Positions 1 through 8,058 of a stretch of DNA of 14,831 nucleotides are shown in pieces. Below the pieces are notes generated by a model. That model did no database searches. It was not told where the DNA came from and worked only from the letters and a program-made list of their open reading frames with translations. Position 1 is the stretch's first letter, and every line of letters starts with the position of its first letter. Source of the DNA: an uncultured Pseudomonadota bacterium. Lineage in GTDB: Bacteria; Myxococcota_A; Polyangia; Fen-1088. The stretch lies in NCBI GenBank assembly GCA_963847705.1, contig CAWKBC010000005.1:1-14831 (forward strand), read 5' to 3'. The translations under genes and the position numbers were made by a program.

Positions 1-15
1 CGCGAAATTTTTTAA

Positions 16-441
16 CTATTTGGATCCGCCAGGGCGGTCAGCGACCCTGACCACGAAGCGCAATCCCGACCAGGTGTCGTCGATGGCGCACACCTTGTTG
101 TCGACCAGGCCGGTGGCGAGACCACGCGCGCGGACCTCGGCCTCGGTCAGATCGGTGGCGAGGCCGCTCGACTTCTTGGGCCAGGCGATCCAAAGACCGC
201 CTGCGGGCTCGAGGCGCGCCGGCAAGGCCGGCAAATCGCGCGCCAGCTCCTTCGAGCTGCGGGCGAAGCAGACGATCACGTCAAAGTGGTTCTTGCCGCG
301 GGCGACCCGGCGCGGGGAGACGTCGTCGGGGAGGTCGCCCAACGTCTCGGCGAAGTCGTCAGGGGCACCGACCAACCCGAGCCGGGTGCCGGGTTTGATC
401 CCCAGCTTCTTCGGCAATGGTGTTCCCGAGTAACCGGCCAT
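16..441 (-). CDS. DUF3052-family-like conserved hypothetical protein (141 aa)
   Basis: N-terminus MAGYSGTPLPKKLGIKPG and motifs GGLWIAWPKKSSG, DLTE, GLVDNKVCAIDDTWSGLRF match my recollection of proteins annotated DUF3052 (no HMM search run). ATG start, TAG stop, co-directional 24 bp after ftsQ. Confidence 0.8.
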   Translation of the reverse strand: MAGYSGTPLPKKLGIKPGTRLGLVGAPDDFAETLGDLPDDVSPRRVARGKNHFDVIVCFARSSKELARDLPALPARLEPAGGLWIAWPKKSSGLATDLTEAEVRARGLATGLVDNKVCAIDDTWSGLRFVVRVADRPGGSK

Positions 442-465
442 CGTTCTTGGACTTGGAACCCCCCG

Positions 466-1521
466 CTAGTCCTCGTCGGCCGCGGGTGAAGGCGCCGTCG
501 GTGTCTCCACGGGCCTGGCTGCCCGGCGGGGCCTCTCGCTGGCGACGACCGCGTGGGGGAGCGGCTTCTTCCCTCCTTCGGTCGGATTCTCGCTCTCGTC
601 GTTCTCGGTCGCTGCGGCCATCTGGAGGGCGACCCGCTCGGAGAGCGGGCCGTCGAGGTAGACCGTCCTGAGCGCCGCCGGGCTTCGCGGCCCCAGCGCC
701 GCGAAGATCCGATCGAACTGGGCGAGCTTGGCTTCGAAGTTGCCCTGGCCGATCCGGATCTCGCCGCTCCCTTCGAACAGGATCAGCGAGAACCCGGTTC
801 TGGTGTCGACGTGGATCTCCGACAGCTTGGGGCGATCCGGATGCCCGTCGTTGTAGGCGGCGTAGAGCGCCAGCGCCTGGCGGAAGACCGCCTCGCTGGT
901 GCCCCGGACGCTGGCGTACTGGTCGCGGGTCACGCCGGTGATGACCGGCAACCCGTCGGCCTCGGCGAAGGTGGCCCGCTTGAACGGGTGGCCGGTCCCG
1001 TCGACCAGATAGAGCGCGCCCAGCAGGGCGCTGGCGACGGCCTGCCGCTCGGTCACGTCGATCACCAAGGTGGACGGCAGCTGGCGCCGCACACGCGCCG
1101 ACAGGATCCAGGGGTGCATCGCCACGCGCGTCGCCACGGCGTCGGGGTCGACAGCCAGCAAGCGATCGCCGACCTCGACCCCGGCCAGCTGGCGGATCTC
1201 GTCGCCGGAGAGGTGCGTCGAGGCGCCCACCTGGATCTCGCGGACGGCGAAGCGGGGGGAGGCGATCACGTGCCGCACGATCTGTCGCCCGGCCCAGACC
1301 GCGCCGGCGACGAAGGCCATCACCGCCAGCGCCTTGCCGAGCAACGCCAACCGCCTGGCCACCGCGCGCAGACCGGGCCCCAGCCAGGCGGTGATCGAAG
1401 GCCGCGCCACGGTGATTCGCCGGTTGTTGCGGCGACGGAAAAACCGGCGCCGGACGGGCGGGTGCTCGACGGTGATTCCGCGCTCGGCGAGCTCGCTGGT
1501 CACGCCCGCGGTTGCTCTCAC
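466..1521 (-). CDS. ftsQ: Cell division protein FtsQ/DivIB (POTRA + C-terminal domain)
   Basis: Basic cytoplasmic N-terminus, one TM segment (LALLGKALAVMAFVAGAVWAG), POTRA-like segment (SPRFAVREIQV...HPWILSARVRRQLPSTLVIDVTER), YLVDGTG and LPVITG motifs. The GTG start overlaps the murC stop (GTGA); dcw position fits. Exact start uncertain. Confidence 0.9.
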   Translation of the reverse strand: MRATAGVTSELAERGITVEHPPVRRRFFRRRNNRRITVARPSITAWLGPGLRAVARRLALLGKALAVMAFVAGAVWAGRQIVRHVIASPRFAVREIQVGASTHLSGDEIRQLAGVEVGDRLLAVDPDAVATRVAMHPWILSARVRRQLPSTLVIDVTERQAVASALLGALYLVDGTGHPFKRATFAEADGLPVITGVTRDQYASVRGTSEAVFRQALALYAAYNDGHPDRPKLSEIHVDTRTGFSLILFEGSGEIRIGQGNFEAKLAQFDRIFAALGPRSPAALRTVYLDGPLSERVALQMAAATENDESENPTEGGKKPLPHAVVASERPRRAARPVETPTAPSPAADED

Positions 1522-2891
1522 CCGACCTCACGCGGCGCGCCCAGCGCCGCCAGCAGCTCGCCCGGCACGGCGGTGATGTCGCCGGCGCCGAGGCAGAGCA
1601 CCAGATCTCCGGGACGAGAGGCGCGCGCCAGCTCGGCCGTCAGCTGGGTGCGTGGAACGTGGCGCGCGGGCGCACCCGGCGGGAACGTCGCCAGCAGCGC
1701 GCGGGCATCGGCACCGGCGATCGGCGTTTCGCCCGCCGGATAGACGTCGGTCAGGAAGATCTGATCGGCACCGCTGAGCGACGGCGCGAAATCGGCCAGG
1801 AGATCGCGCGTCCGCGTGTAGCGGTGCGGCTGGAACGCCACCAGCAGGCGCCGGCCGTGCAGCCGCGCGGCCGCGATCGTGGCCGCCAGCTCGGTGGGGT
1901 GGTGCCCGTAGTCGTCGACGACCAGGACGCCCCCCGCCTCGCCGCGCAGCGAGAACCGCCGGTCGACGCCCTGGAACGCCGCCAGCGCCTCGCCCGCCTC
2001 CGCGAACGGCACGCCCAGGAAGTCGGCCACGCAGAGCGCGCCGAGCGCATTTTCGGCGTAGTGGACGCCCGGCATCCGGACGCGCGCCTCGCCGTGCAGG
2101 CGGTCGCGCACCCGGACCCGGAAGCGCGTGCCGGTGGGCCCCGCTTCCAGGATCTCGCCGCGCCAGTCGCCGGTCTGCAGGCCGTACGTCAGGTGACGCT
2201 TGGAGAGGCGCGCAGGCAGGCGCGCGGCGGTGGGGTTGTCGGCGCCGATCACCACCAATCCATAAAACGGCACCTTCTCGGCGAAGTCTAAAAACGCGCT
2301 CTCCAGCGCCTCCAGCGACCCGAAGTGGTCCAGATGCTCGCGATCGATGTTGGTGATGAGGGCGACCACCGGGAAAAGGTGGCGGAACGACCCATCGGAC
2401 TCGTCGGCCTCCGCGACCAGGACCTCCCCCTGGCCGAGCCGCGCGTTCGACCCGAAGGCGCGCGCCTTGCCGCCGATGATCGCCGTCGGATCGAGCCCCG
2501 CCTCGGCCAGGATGACGGCGATCATCGTGGTGGTGGTGGTCTTGCCGTGGCTGCCGGCCACCGCCACGCCGTCCTTGACGCGCATCAGCTCGCCCAGCAT
2601 CTCGGCGCGCGGGATGACCGGGATGCTGCGCGCCCGGGCGGCGGCGACCTCGGGGTTGTCGGCCTTCACGGCGCTGGAGATGACGACCACGTCGGCGTGC
2701 GCGACGTTCTCGGGGCGGTGGCCAAACGAGAGGCGCGCCCCCAGTGTCCCGAGTCGCCGGGTCACGTCGCTCTCGCGAAGGTCTGACCCGGAGACCGGGT
2801 ACCCGAGGTTGAGCAGCACCTCGGCGATGCCGGACATCCCGATCCCGCCGATCCCCACGAAATGGATGGTGACGTCTCGCTTGCGGAACAT
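1518..2891 (-). CDS. murC: UDP-N-acetylmuramate--L-alanine ligase
   Basis: IHFVGIGGIGMSGIAE, P-loop GSHGKTTTT, EADESDGSF, TNIDREHLDH, DDYGHHPTE, FQPHRYTRT, LGAGDI. Confidence 0.98.
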   Translation of the reverse strand: MFRKRDVTIHFVGIGGIGMSGIAEVLLNLGYPVSGSDLRESDVTRRLGTLGARLSFGHRPENVAHADVVVISSAVKADNPEVAAARARSIPVIPRAEMLGELMRVKDGVAVAGSHGKTTTTTMIAVILAEAGLDPTAIIGGKARAFGSNARLGQGEVLVAEADESDGSFRHLFPVVALITNIDREHLDHFGSLEALESAFLDFAEKVPFYGLVVIGADNPTAARLPARLSKRHLTYGLQTGDWRGEILEAGPTGTRFRVRVRDRLHGEARVRMPGVHYAENALGALCVADFLGVPFAEAGEALAAFQGVDRRFSLRGEAGGVLVVDDYGHHPTELAATIAAARLHGRRLLVAFQPHRYTRTRDLLADFAPSLSGADQIFLTDVYPAGETPIAGADARALLATFPPGAPARHVPRTQLTAELARASRPGDLVLCLGAGDITAVPGELLAALGAPREVG

Positions 2892-2960
2892 CAGCGCCCT
2901 TTTAACACCCCGCGGGCGGCTCTCATCGCCTGAACAGAGCCGGGCGCCGCCTGAATGAAG

Positions 2961-4070
2961 CTATCGCCGTCGGCCCATTTCGCGCAGCTCGGCCACGATG
3001 TCGTCGGTCGCCTGAGGGCGCGCCAGGGTCCCCATCGCCTCGGCCATGGCGGCGTGTCGGGCGGGGGTCTTCAGGATCTCGTCGACCAGGTCGCCGAGGC
3101 GGGTTGCGGAGGCGTCGGGCTGCGGCAGCACCAGCGCCGCGCCCGCGCGCTGAAAGGCGAAGGCGTTGATCGCCTGGTGGTTGTCGGCGGCCGTCGGGAG
3201 CGGAATCAGGATCGCCGGGCGCCGCATGATCGCCAGCTCGGCCAGGGTGAGCGCCCCGGCGCGGGCCACCACCAGACGCGCGTCGGCCAGCGCGGCCGGC
3301 ATGTCGTCGATGAACGACCGCACCTGGACGCGGTCTTCCTCGTACCCCAACGCGGCGTAGTGGACCCGCATCCGATCGTGCTCGTCGGGCCCCGTCTGAT
3401 GCACGATGGGCGGCAGGCGCCCGCGCGCGTCGAGGACGCGCACCATGCCCGAGGCGAATTCGTTGACGGCGTGTGAGCCCTGGCTGCCGCCCAGGATCAG
3501 GATCGATTTGGCGTTGGTGGCGTCGCGCCCGGCGAAGGCAGCGGCCCGTTCGATGAGGGCGCGTCGCACGGGGTTGCCGGTGAACCGGACCTTGCGGCGG
3601 GCGAACGCGGAGGCGGCCTCGTCGAACGCCACGAACACCCGGCGCGCGAAGCGACCCAAGATCCGGTTGGTGAAGCCGGGCACGCTGTTCTGCTCTTGCA
3701 CCGCGGTCGGATAGCCGGACAGCGCGGCCGCCAAGACGAGCGGGCCGGAGGCATAGCCGCCCACCCCCAGCACGACGTCGGGACGCAGGCGCCGCAAGAT
3801 GCGCCGCGAATCGAAATAGGCGCGGGGCAGGCGGCCGAGCCCGCGGGCCAGCCCGCGGAGGCCCATGCGCTTGAGCCCGCTCACCTTGATCAGCTCCAGC
3901 GGAAAACCGGCCTTGGGCACCAGGCGCGTCTCGAGGCCGCGCTCGGTGCCCACGAAGATCGCCTCGCCGCCCGTGGCCGCGATCGCCTCGGCGACAGCGA
4001 TTCCGGGATAGAGATGGCCGCCGGTTCCGCCGCCTGCGATCAGGACCCGCAGCGGCTTGTTGTCGCTCAT
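2961..4070 (-). CDS. murG: Undecaprenyldiphospho-muramoylpentapeptide beta-N-acetylglucosaminyltransferase
   Basis: GGGTGGHLYPG, GVGGYASGP, QEQNSVPG, TGNPVR, GGSQGS, RAGALTLAE, HQAINA. Start re-called at ATG 4070 (MSDNKPLRVLIAGG), which overlaps the ftsW stop as ATGA, instead of the ORF-track start at 4217. Confidence 0.97.
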   Translation of the reverse strand: MSDNKPLRVLIAGGGTGGHLYPGIAVAEAIAATGGEAIFVGTERGLETRLVPKAGFPLELIKVSGLKRMGLRGLARGLGRLPRAYFDSRRILRRLRPDVVLGVGGYASGPLVLAAALSGYPTAVQEQNSVPGFTNRILGRFARRVFVAFDEAASAFARRKVRFTGNPVRRALIERAAAFAGRDATNAKSILILGGSQGSHAVNEFASGMVRVLDARGRLPPIVHQTGPDEHDRMRVHYAALGYEEDRVQVRSFIDDMPAALADARLVVARAGALTLAELAIMRRPAILIPLPTAADNHQAINAFAFQRAGAALVLPQPDASATRLGDLVDEILKTPARHAAMAEAMGTLARPQATDDIVAELREMGRRR

Positions 4071-5557
4071 AGCTCGGGCGGAGCCTCGACGGTGCTCGGT
4101 GCGGCCGGGGGATGCGGTGGCCTGGACCCTCTCGGTCCCACTTCGATGATCAGGCGCGGGCCGGCGTCGAGACGGCGGTTGGCCCCTTTGCCGGCGCGGT
4201 GGGCGCCGGGCTGCCACTCGTGGGGCTCGGGGTTGCGCGCGCTGATGTTGGCCAGCACGCCGGCCATGAAGAGGCTCATCACCAGCGACGTTCCGCCGTA
4301 GCTGATGAACGGCAGCGGCAGACCCTTCGTCGGCAGCGATCCCAGCACCACGCCGATGTTCACCAGCGCCTGCAGCCCGAACATCGCGCTGATCCCGAAG
4401 GCCAGGTAGGCGCCGAACACGTCGCGCGCCCGCACGGCCGCCCGCAGGCCGCGCCAGACCAGCAGCGCGAAGGCGGCGATCACGCAGAGGACGCCGATGA
4501 GGCCCAGCTCTTCACCGACGATGGAAAGGATGAAGTCGGTGTGGGCCTCCGGAAGAAAGAACAGCTTCTGGCGTCCGTCGCCGAGGCCGAGGCCGGTGAC
4601 GCCGCCCGAGCCGACGCTGATCAGCGATTCGGTGATCTGGTAGCCGACGTCGCGCCGGAAGGCCCAGGGGTCGAGAAAGGCCAGCATGCGGCGCATCCGG
4701 AACGGCGTCGAGACGATGAACTTCCAGCCGGCCGGCGCCGCGACCAGCACCGCGAGGATGAGATAGCTCGAGCGGGTCCCGGCGATGAAGAGCAGCCCCA
4801 GCGCCACGCAGCCGAAGATGACGGCGGTGCCGAGGTCGGGCTGCTTGAGCAGGAGGCCCATCATGAGCCCGGTGACCAGCAGCGGCGGCAGGAAGCCGAC
4901 GGAGAAGACGCGCACCTTCTCCGCCTTGCGCGCCAGCAGCGAGGCCAGGTAGATGCAGAGGGCCAGCTTGGCCAGCTCGCCCGGTTGAAACGACAGCGGA
5001 CCGAGGCGAAACCAGCGGATGGCGCCGCCGGCCCGCGACCCGATCTTCAGCACCGCCCCCAGGAGCATGATGCTGACGAACAGCAACGGATAGGCCAACC
5101 GCCGGTAGACCCCATAGTCGATCTTCACCGCCAGCGACATCGCGCCCAGGCCGAGCAGCGCGTAGACGATCTCTCGCTTCAGGAAGTAGGCGGCGTCGCC
5201 GTATTTCTTGGCGGCGAACACGGCACCCGACGAGAACACCATCACCACCCCGAACGCGACCAGCACCAGCACGGCGCCGACCAGCACCCGATCGACGCCG
5301 ACCTCGCTGGGGCGGATCATCGGCGTCGCAGAGGTCAGGTCGGGCCCCAGCAGCTTGGCGGCCCGCAACCGGAGCGCCGCCCAGAGCTCGCGCGCCCCGG
5401 CCAGTGCCCGGGCCGAGACGGAGGGAGACGCCTCGGCGCGGTCGAGCTTCAGCGCGGGGCGCTTCAGGGCGGGGCGGCGTGCGGCCGCGCGGGAGATCGG
5501 GCGGCTGACCGGGCGGGTGATCGGTCCGTCGGCCGGCCGCTTCGTCTGGCGTTTCAC
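4067..5557 (-). CDS. ftsW: SEDS-family peptidoglycan glycosyltransferase FtsW, with long N- and C-terminal extensions
   Basis: Multi-pass membrane protein with GAIRWFRLGPLSFQPGELAK, QPDLGT, FLDPW, GYQI, LPEAHTDFI, PTKGLPLPFISYGGTS. Lies between murD and murG; the GTG start overlaps the murD stop (GTGA). Alternative ATG at 5320. Confidence 0.96.
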   Translation of the reverse strand: MKRQTKRPADGPITRPVSRPISRAAARRPALKRPALKLDRAEASPSVSARALAGARELWAALRLRAAKLLGPDLTSATPMIRPSEVGVDRVLVGAVLVLVAFGVVMVFSSGAVFAAKKYGDAAYFLKREIVYALLGLGAMSLAVKIDYGVYRRLAYPLLFVSIMLLGAVLKIGSRAGGAIRWFRLGPLSFQPGELAKLALCIYLASLLARKAEKVRVFSVGFLPPLLVTGLMMGLLLKQPDLGTAVIFGCVALGLLFIAGTRSSYLILAVLVAAPAGWKFIVSTPFRMRRMLAFLDPWAFRRDVGYQITESLISVGSGGVTGLGLGDGRQKLFFLPEAHTDFILSIVGEELGLIGVLCVIAAFALLVWRGLRAAVRARDVFGAYLAFGISAMFGLQALVNIGVVLGSLPTKGLPLPFISYGGTSLVMSLFMAGVLANISARNPEPHEWQPGAHRAGKGANRRLDAGPRLIIEVGPRGSRPPHPPAAPSTVEAPPEL

Positions 5558-6927
5558 CGGGCGCTTTCCGTCTGGGTCGTCACGCGCCCGACCGCGCGGC
5601 GGAAGACCTCGGACCGATGGGCGTAGTCGCGGAACATGTCGAAGCTCGAACAGGCGGGCGAGAGCACGACGGCGTCGCCCGGGCGCGCCAATCTCCGCGC
5701 GGCCTCGACCGCCGCCTCCAGCGTCGCCGCGCGCTCGATCGGCAGCACGCCGTCGAACGCCGCCTGCATCTTGTCGGCCGCCTCGCCAATCAGGATCGCC
5801 GCGCGGCCGACGCGCCCGAGCGCCTCGGCCAGCGGCGCGTAGTCGCCCCCCTTGTCGCGCCCGCCGGCGATGAGGACCACCCGGCGCGGGAAGCCGTCCA
5901 GCGCCGCGACGACGGCGCCGACGTTGGTCCCCTTCGAATCGTCGTAGTAGACGATGCCGTCGGCCTCGGCGACCAGCTCCATCCGATGCGCCAGCGGACG
6001 GAAGGCCAAGAGGCCCGCGCGAGCCTCGGCGGGCGAGGCTCCTGCCAGGCGCGCGGCCAGCAACGCCGCCAGCGCGTTGGCCTGATTGTGCCGCTGCCCG
6101 AGAAGCCAGGGGAGGTCCGCGGGGTACGACTCCGGGGGCTGGTGGGCGAGCTTGAGCATGAGCGGGCCACCGAGCCAGGCGCCGGTGGCCAGCGAATCGA
6201 CGATCGAGAAGCCATCGCGGCGGCTGCGGGCGGCGGCGCTGGCGCGCACCGCCAGCGGATCGTCGAAGTTCACCACGGCGAAGTCATCCGGCGTCTGCGC
6301 CGCGAAGACGCGCGCCTTGGCGGCCGCATAGCCCTCGAGGCCGTCGTAGCGATCGAGGTGATCGGGCGTGATGTTGAGCAGGACGGCGACCCGCGGGTGG
6401 AACGTCCCCACCGTCTCCAGCTGGAAGCTCGACACCTCGACGACGCAGAAGCCGCCGGCCGCCGCCGCGGGCGTTCCCACCGCCTCGGCCAGCGGCTCAC
6501 CCAGGTTGCCGCCCACGAACGTCGGGCGACCGGTGGCGCGCAGCATCTCGCCGACCAGCGTGGTGGTGGTCGACTTGCCGTTCGTTCCCGTGATGGCGAC
6601 GATCGTCGCCGCGACGAACTGGGAGGCCAGCTCCAGCTCACCGGTGACTTCGACGGCGGCGGCCCGCGCAGCGGCCAGCTCGGGGATCTCGGGGACGCCC
6701 GGCGACAGCACGATCAGATCGGCGCCAAGGAAGGTTTCGCGTTGGTGCCCGCCCAGCTGCTGGGCCACGCCGGCTGGCAGCTGCGCGAGGGCGGCGGCCA
6801 GCTCGACCGCCGGCCGCTTGTCGGTCACCGTCACCTGCGCGCCGCGCGCCGCGCAGAGCGCCGCCGCCGCGATCCCGGAGCGTCCGAGACCGACCACCAG
6901 CACGCGTTTGTGAGCGAGCTCGATCAC
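5554..6927 (-). CDS. murD: UDP-N-acetylmuramoyl-L-alanine--D-glutamate ligase
   Basis: VVGLGRSG, SPGVP, ITGTNGKSTTT, GGNLG, EVSSFQL, LNITPDHLDRY, HRME, DDSKGTN, GGRDKG, LSPACSSFDMF. Confidence 0.98.
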   Translation of the reverse strand: MIELAHKRVLVVGLGRSGIAAAALCAARGAQVTVTDKRPAVELAAALAQLPAGVAQQLGGHQRETFLGADLIVLSPGVPEIPELAAARAAAVEVTGELELASQFVAATIVAITGTNGKSTTTTLVGEMLRATGRPTFVGGNLGEPLAEAVGTPAAAAGGFCVVEVSSFQLETVGTFHPRVAVLLNITPDHLDRYDGLEGYAAAKARVFAAQTPDDFAVVNFDDPLAVRASAAARSRRDGFSIVDSLATGAWLGGPLMLKLAHQPPESYPADLPWLLGQRHNQANALAALLAARLAGASPAEARAGLLAFRPLAHRMELVAEADGIVYYDDSKGTNVGAVVAALDGFPRRVVLIAGGRDKGGDYAPLAEALGRVGRAAILIGEAADKMQAAFDGVLPIERAATLEAAVEAARRLARPGDAVVLSPACSSFDMFRDYAHRSEVFRRAVGRVTTQTESAR

Positions 6928-6933
6928 CGGGGC

Positions 6934-8052
6934 CTACCTGACCTTGAGGGTCGTGATGAGACCTAGAATCGCGCAAGCGAACGACACGATCCAAAAACGC
7001 ACCACGATTCGCGATTCGGGCCAGCCCAGCTTCTCGAAGTGGTGGTGGATGGGGGCCATCAGAAAGATGCGCTTCTTGGTCTTCTTGTAGTACCCGACCT
7101 GGATGATGTCGGAGAGCGCCTCGACCACGAACACGCCGCCGACGATCGGCAGCGACAGCTCGGTCTTGGTCGCCAGCGCGACGAACCCGATGGCGCCGCC
7201 CAGCGCCAGCGCGCCGACGTCGCCCATGAACACCTGCGCCGGGTGGGTGTTGAACCAGAGAAAGCCTATCCCCGCGCCCCCCATCGCGCCGCAGAAGACC
7301 GCCAGCTCGCCGGCGCCGGGGACGTGCGGGATGCCGAGGTAGTGGGCGATGTTGAAGTCGCGCAGGGTGGTTCCCGCCGCATAGGCCAGCAAGAGCAGCG
7401 TGAAGGCGCAGATGATCACCGGCCCGATCGCCAGCCCGTCGAGGCCGTCGGTGAGGTTGACGGCGTTCGACTCGGCCATCAGCACGAAGACGGCGAAGGC
7501 CACGTAGGCGGCCAGCGGGAGCGCCAGCCAGGTGTGGTGAAAGTTGACCAGGGGCAGCGCCATCTTCAGTCGGACGTCGTAGGGGAGGCCGTCGCCCTTG
7601 TAGAGCCAGATCGTGGCCACCACCCCGATGACCAGCTGTCCGGCCAGCTTCAGCTTGCCGGAGAGGCCCTTCTTGTTCTTGCGCGCCAGCTTCAGGTAGT
7701 CGTCCAGGAACCCGATCGCGCCGTAGCCGACGGTGACCAGCAGCGCCAGCCAGACCAGCGTGCTGCGCAGATCGCACCAGAGGATGGTGGCGGCGGTCAG
7801 CGCCAGGATGATGAGGGCGCCGCCCATCGTCGGCGTGCCGCGCTTGGAGGCGTGCGCCGCCGGGCCGTCCTCGCGGATCACCTCGCCCAGCTGCCGCTCG
7901 CGCGCCCGGCGGATGAACCAGGGGGCGACGAAGAAGGTGATGAGCAGCGAGGTCAGCGTCGCCATCCCGATGCGCGTCGAGACATAGCGGAAGACGTTGG
8001 CCCCCGGCACCCGGTCGTGCTGTGCCAGCAGATGAAAAAGGTGGAACAGCAT
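6934..8052 (-). CDS. mraY: Phospho-N-acetylmuramoyl-pentapeptide transferase
   Basis: KRGTPTMGG, GFLDDY, SNAVNLTDGLDGLA, FLWFNTHPAQVFMGDVG, FLMAPIHHHFE; multi-pass hydrophobic profile. Confidence 0.98.
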   Translation of the reverse strand: MLFHLFHLLAQHDRVPGANVFRYVSTRIGMATLTSLLITFFVAPWFIRRARERQLGEVIREDGPAAHASKRGTPTMGGALIILALTAATILWCDLRSTLVWLALLVTVGYGAIGFLDDYLKLARKNKKGLSGKLKLAGQLVIGVVATIWLYKGDGLPYDVRLKMALPLVNFHHTWLALPLAAYVAFAVFVLMAESNAVNLTDGLDGLAIGPVIICAFTLLLLAYAAGTTLRDFNIAHYLGIPHVPGAGELAVFCGAMGGAGIGFLWFNTHPAQVFMGDVGALALGGAIGFVALATKTELSLPIVGGVFVVEALSDIIQVGYYKKTKKRIFLMAPIHHHFEKLGWPESRIVVRFWIVSFACAILGLITTLKVR

Positions 8053-8058
8053 GGGAGG

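Noticed and set aside
1-20. A/T tract after the DUF3052-like gene as a terminator
   Set aside because: On the coding strand it is an A-run with no preceding hairpin; any structure is cut off by the window edge.
4071-4217. N-terminal extension of MurG in the ORF track (start 4217)
   Set aside because: It overlaps the ftsW coding region. ATG 4070 gives a normal MurG start and an ATGA coupling.
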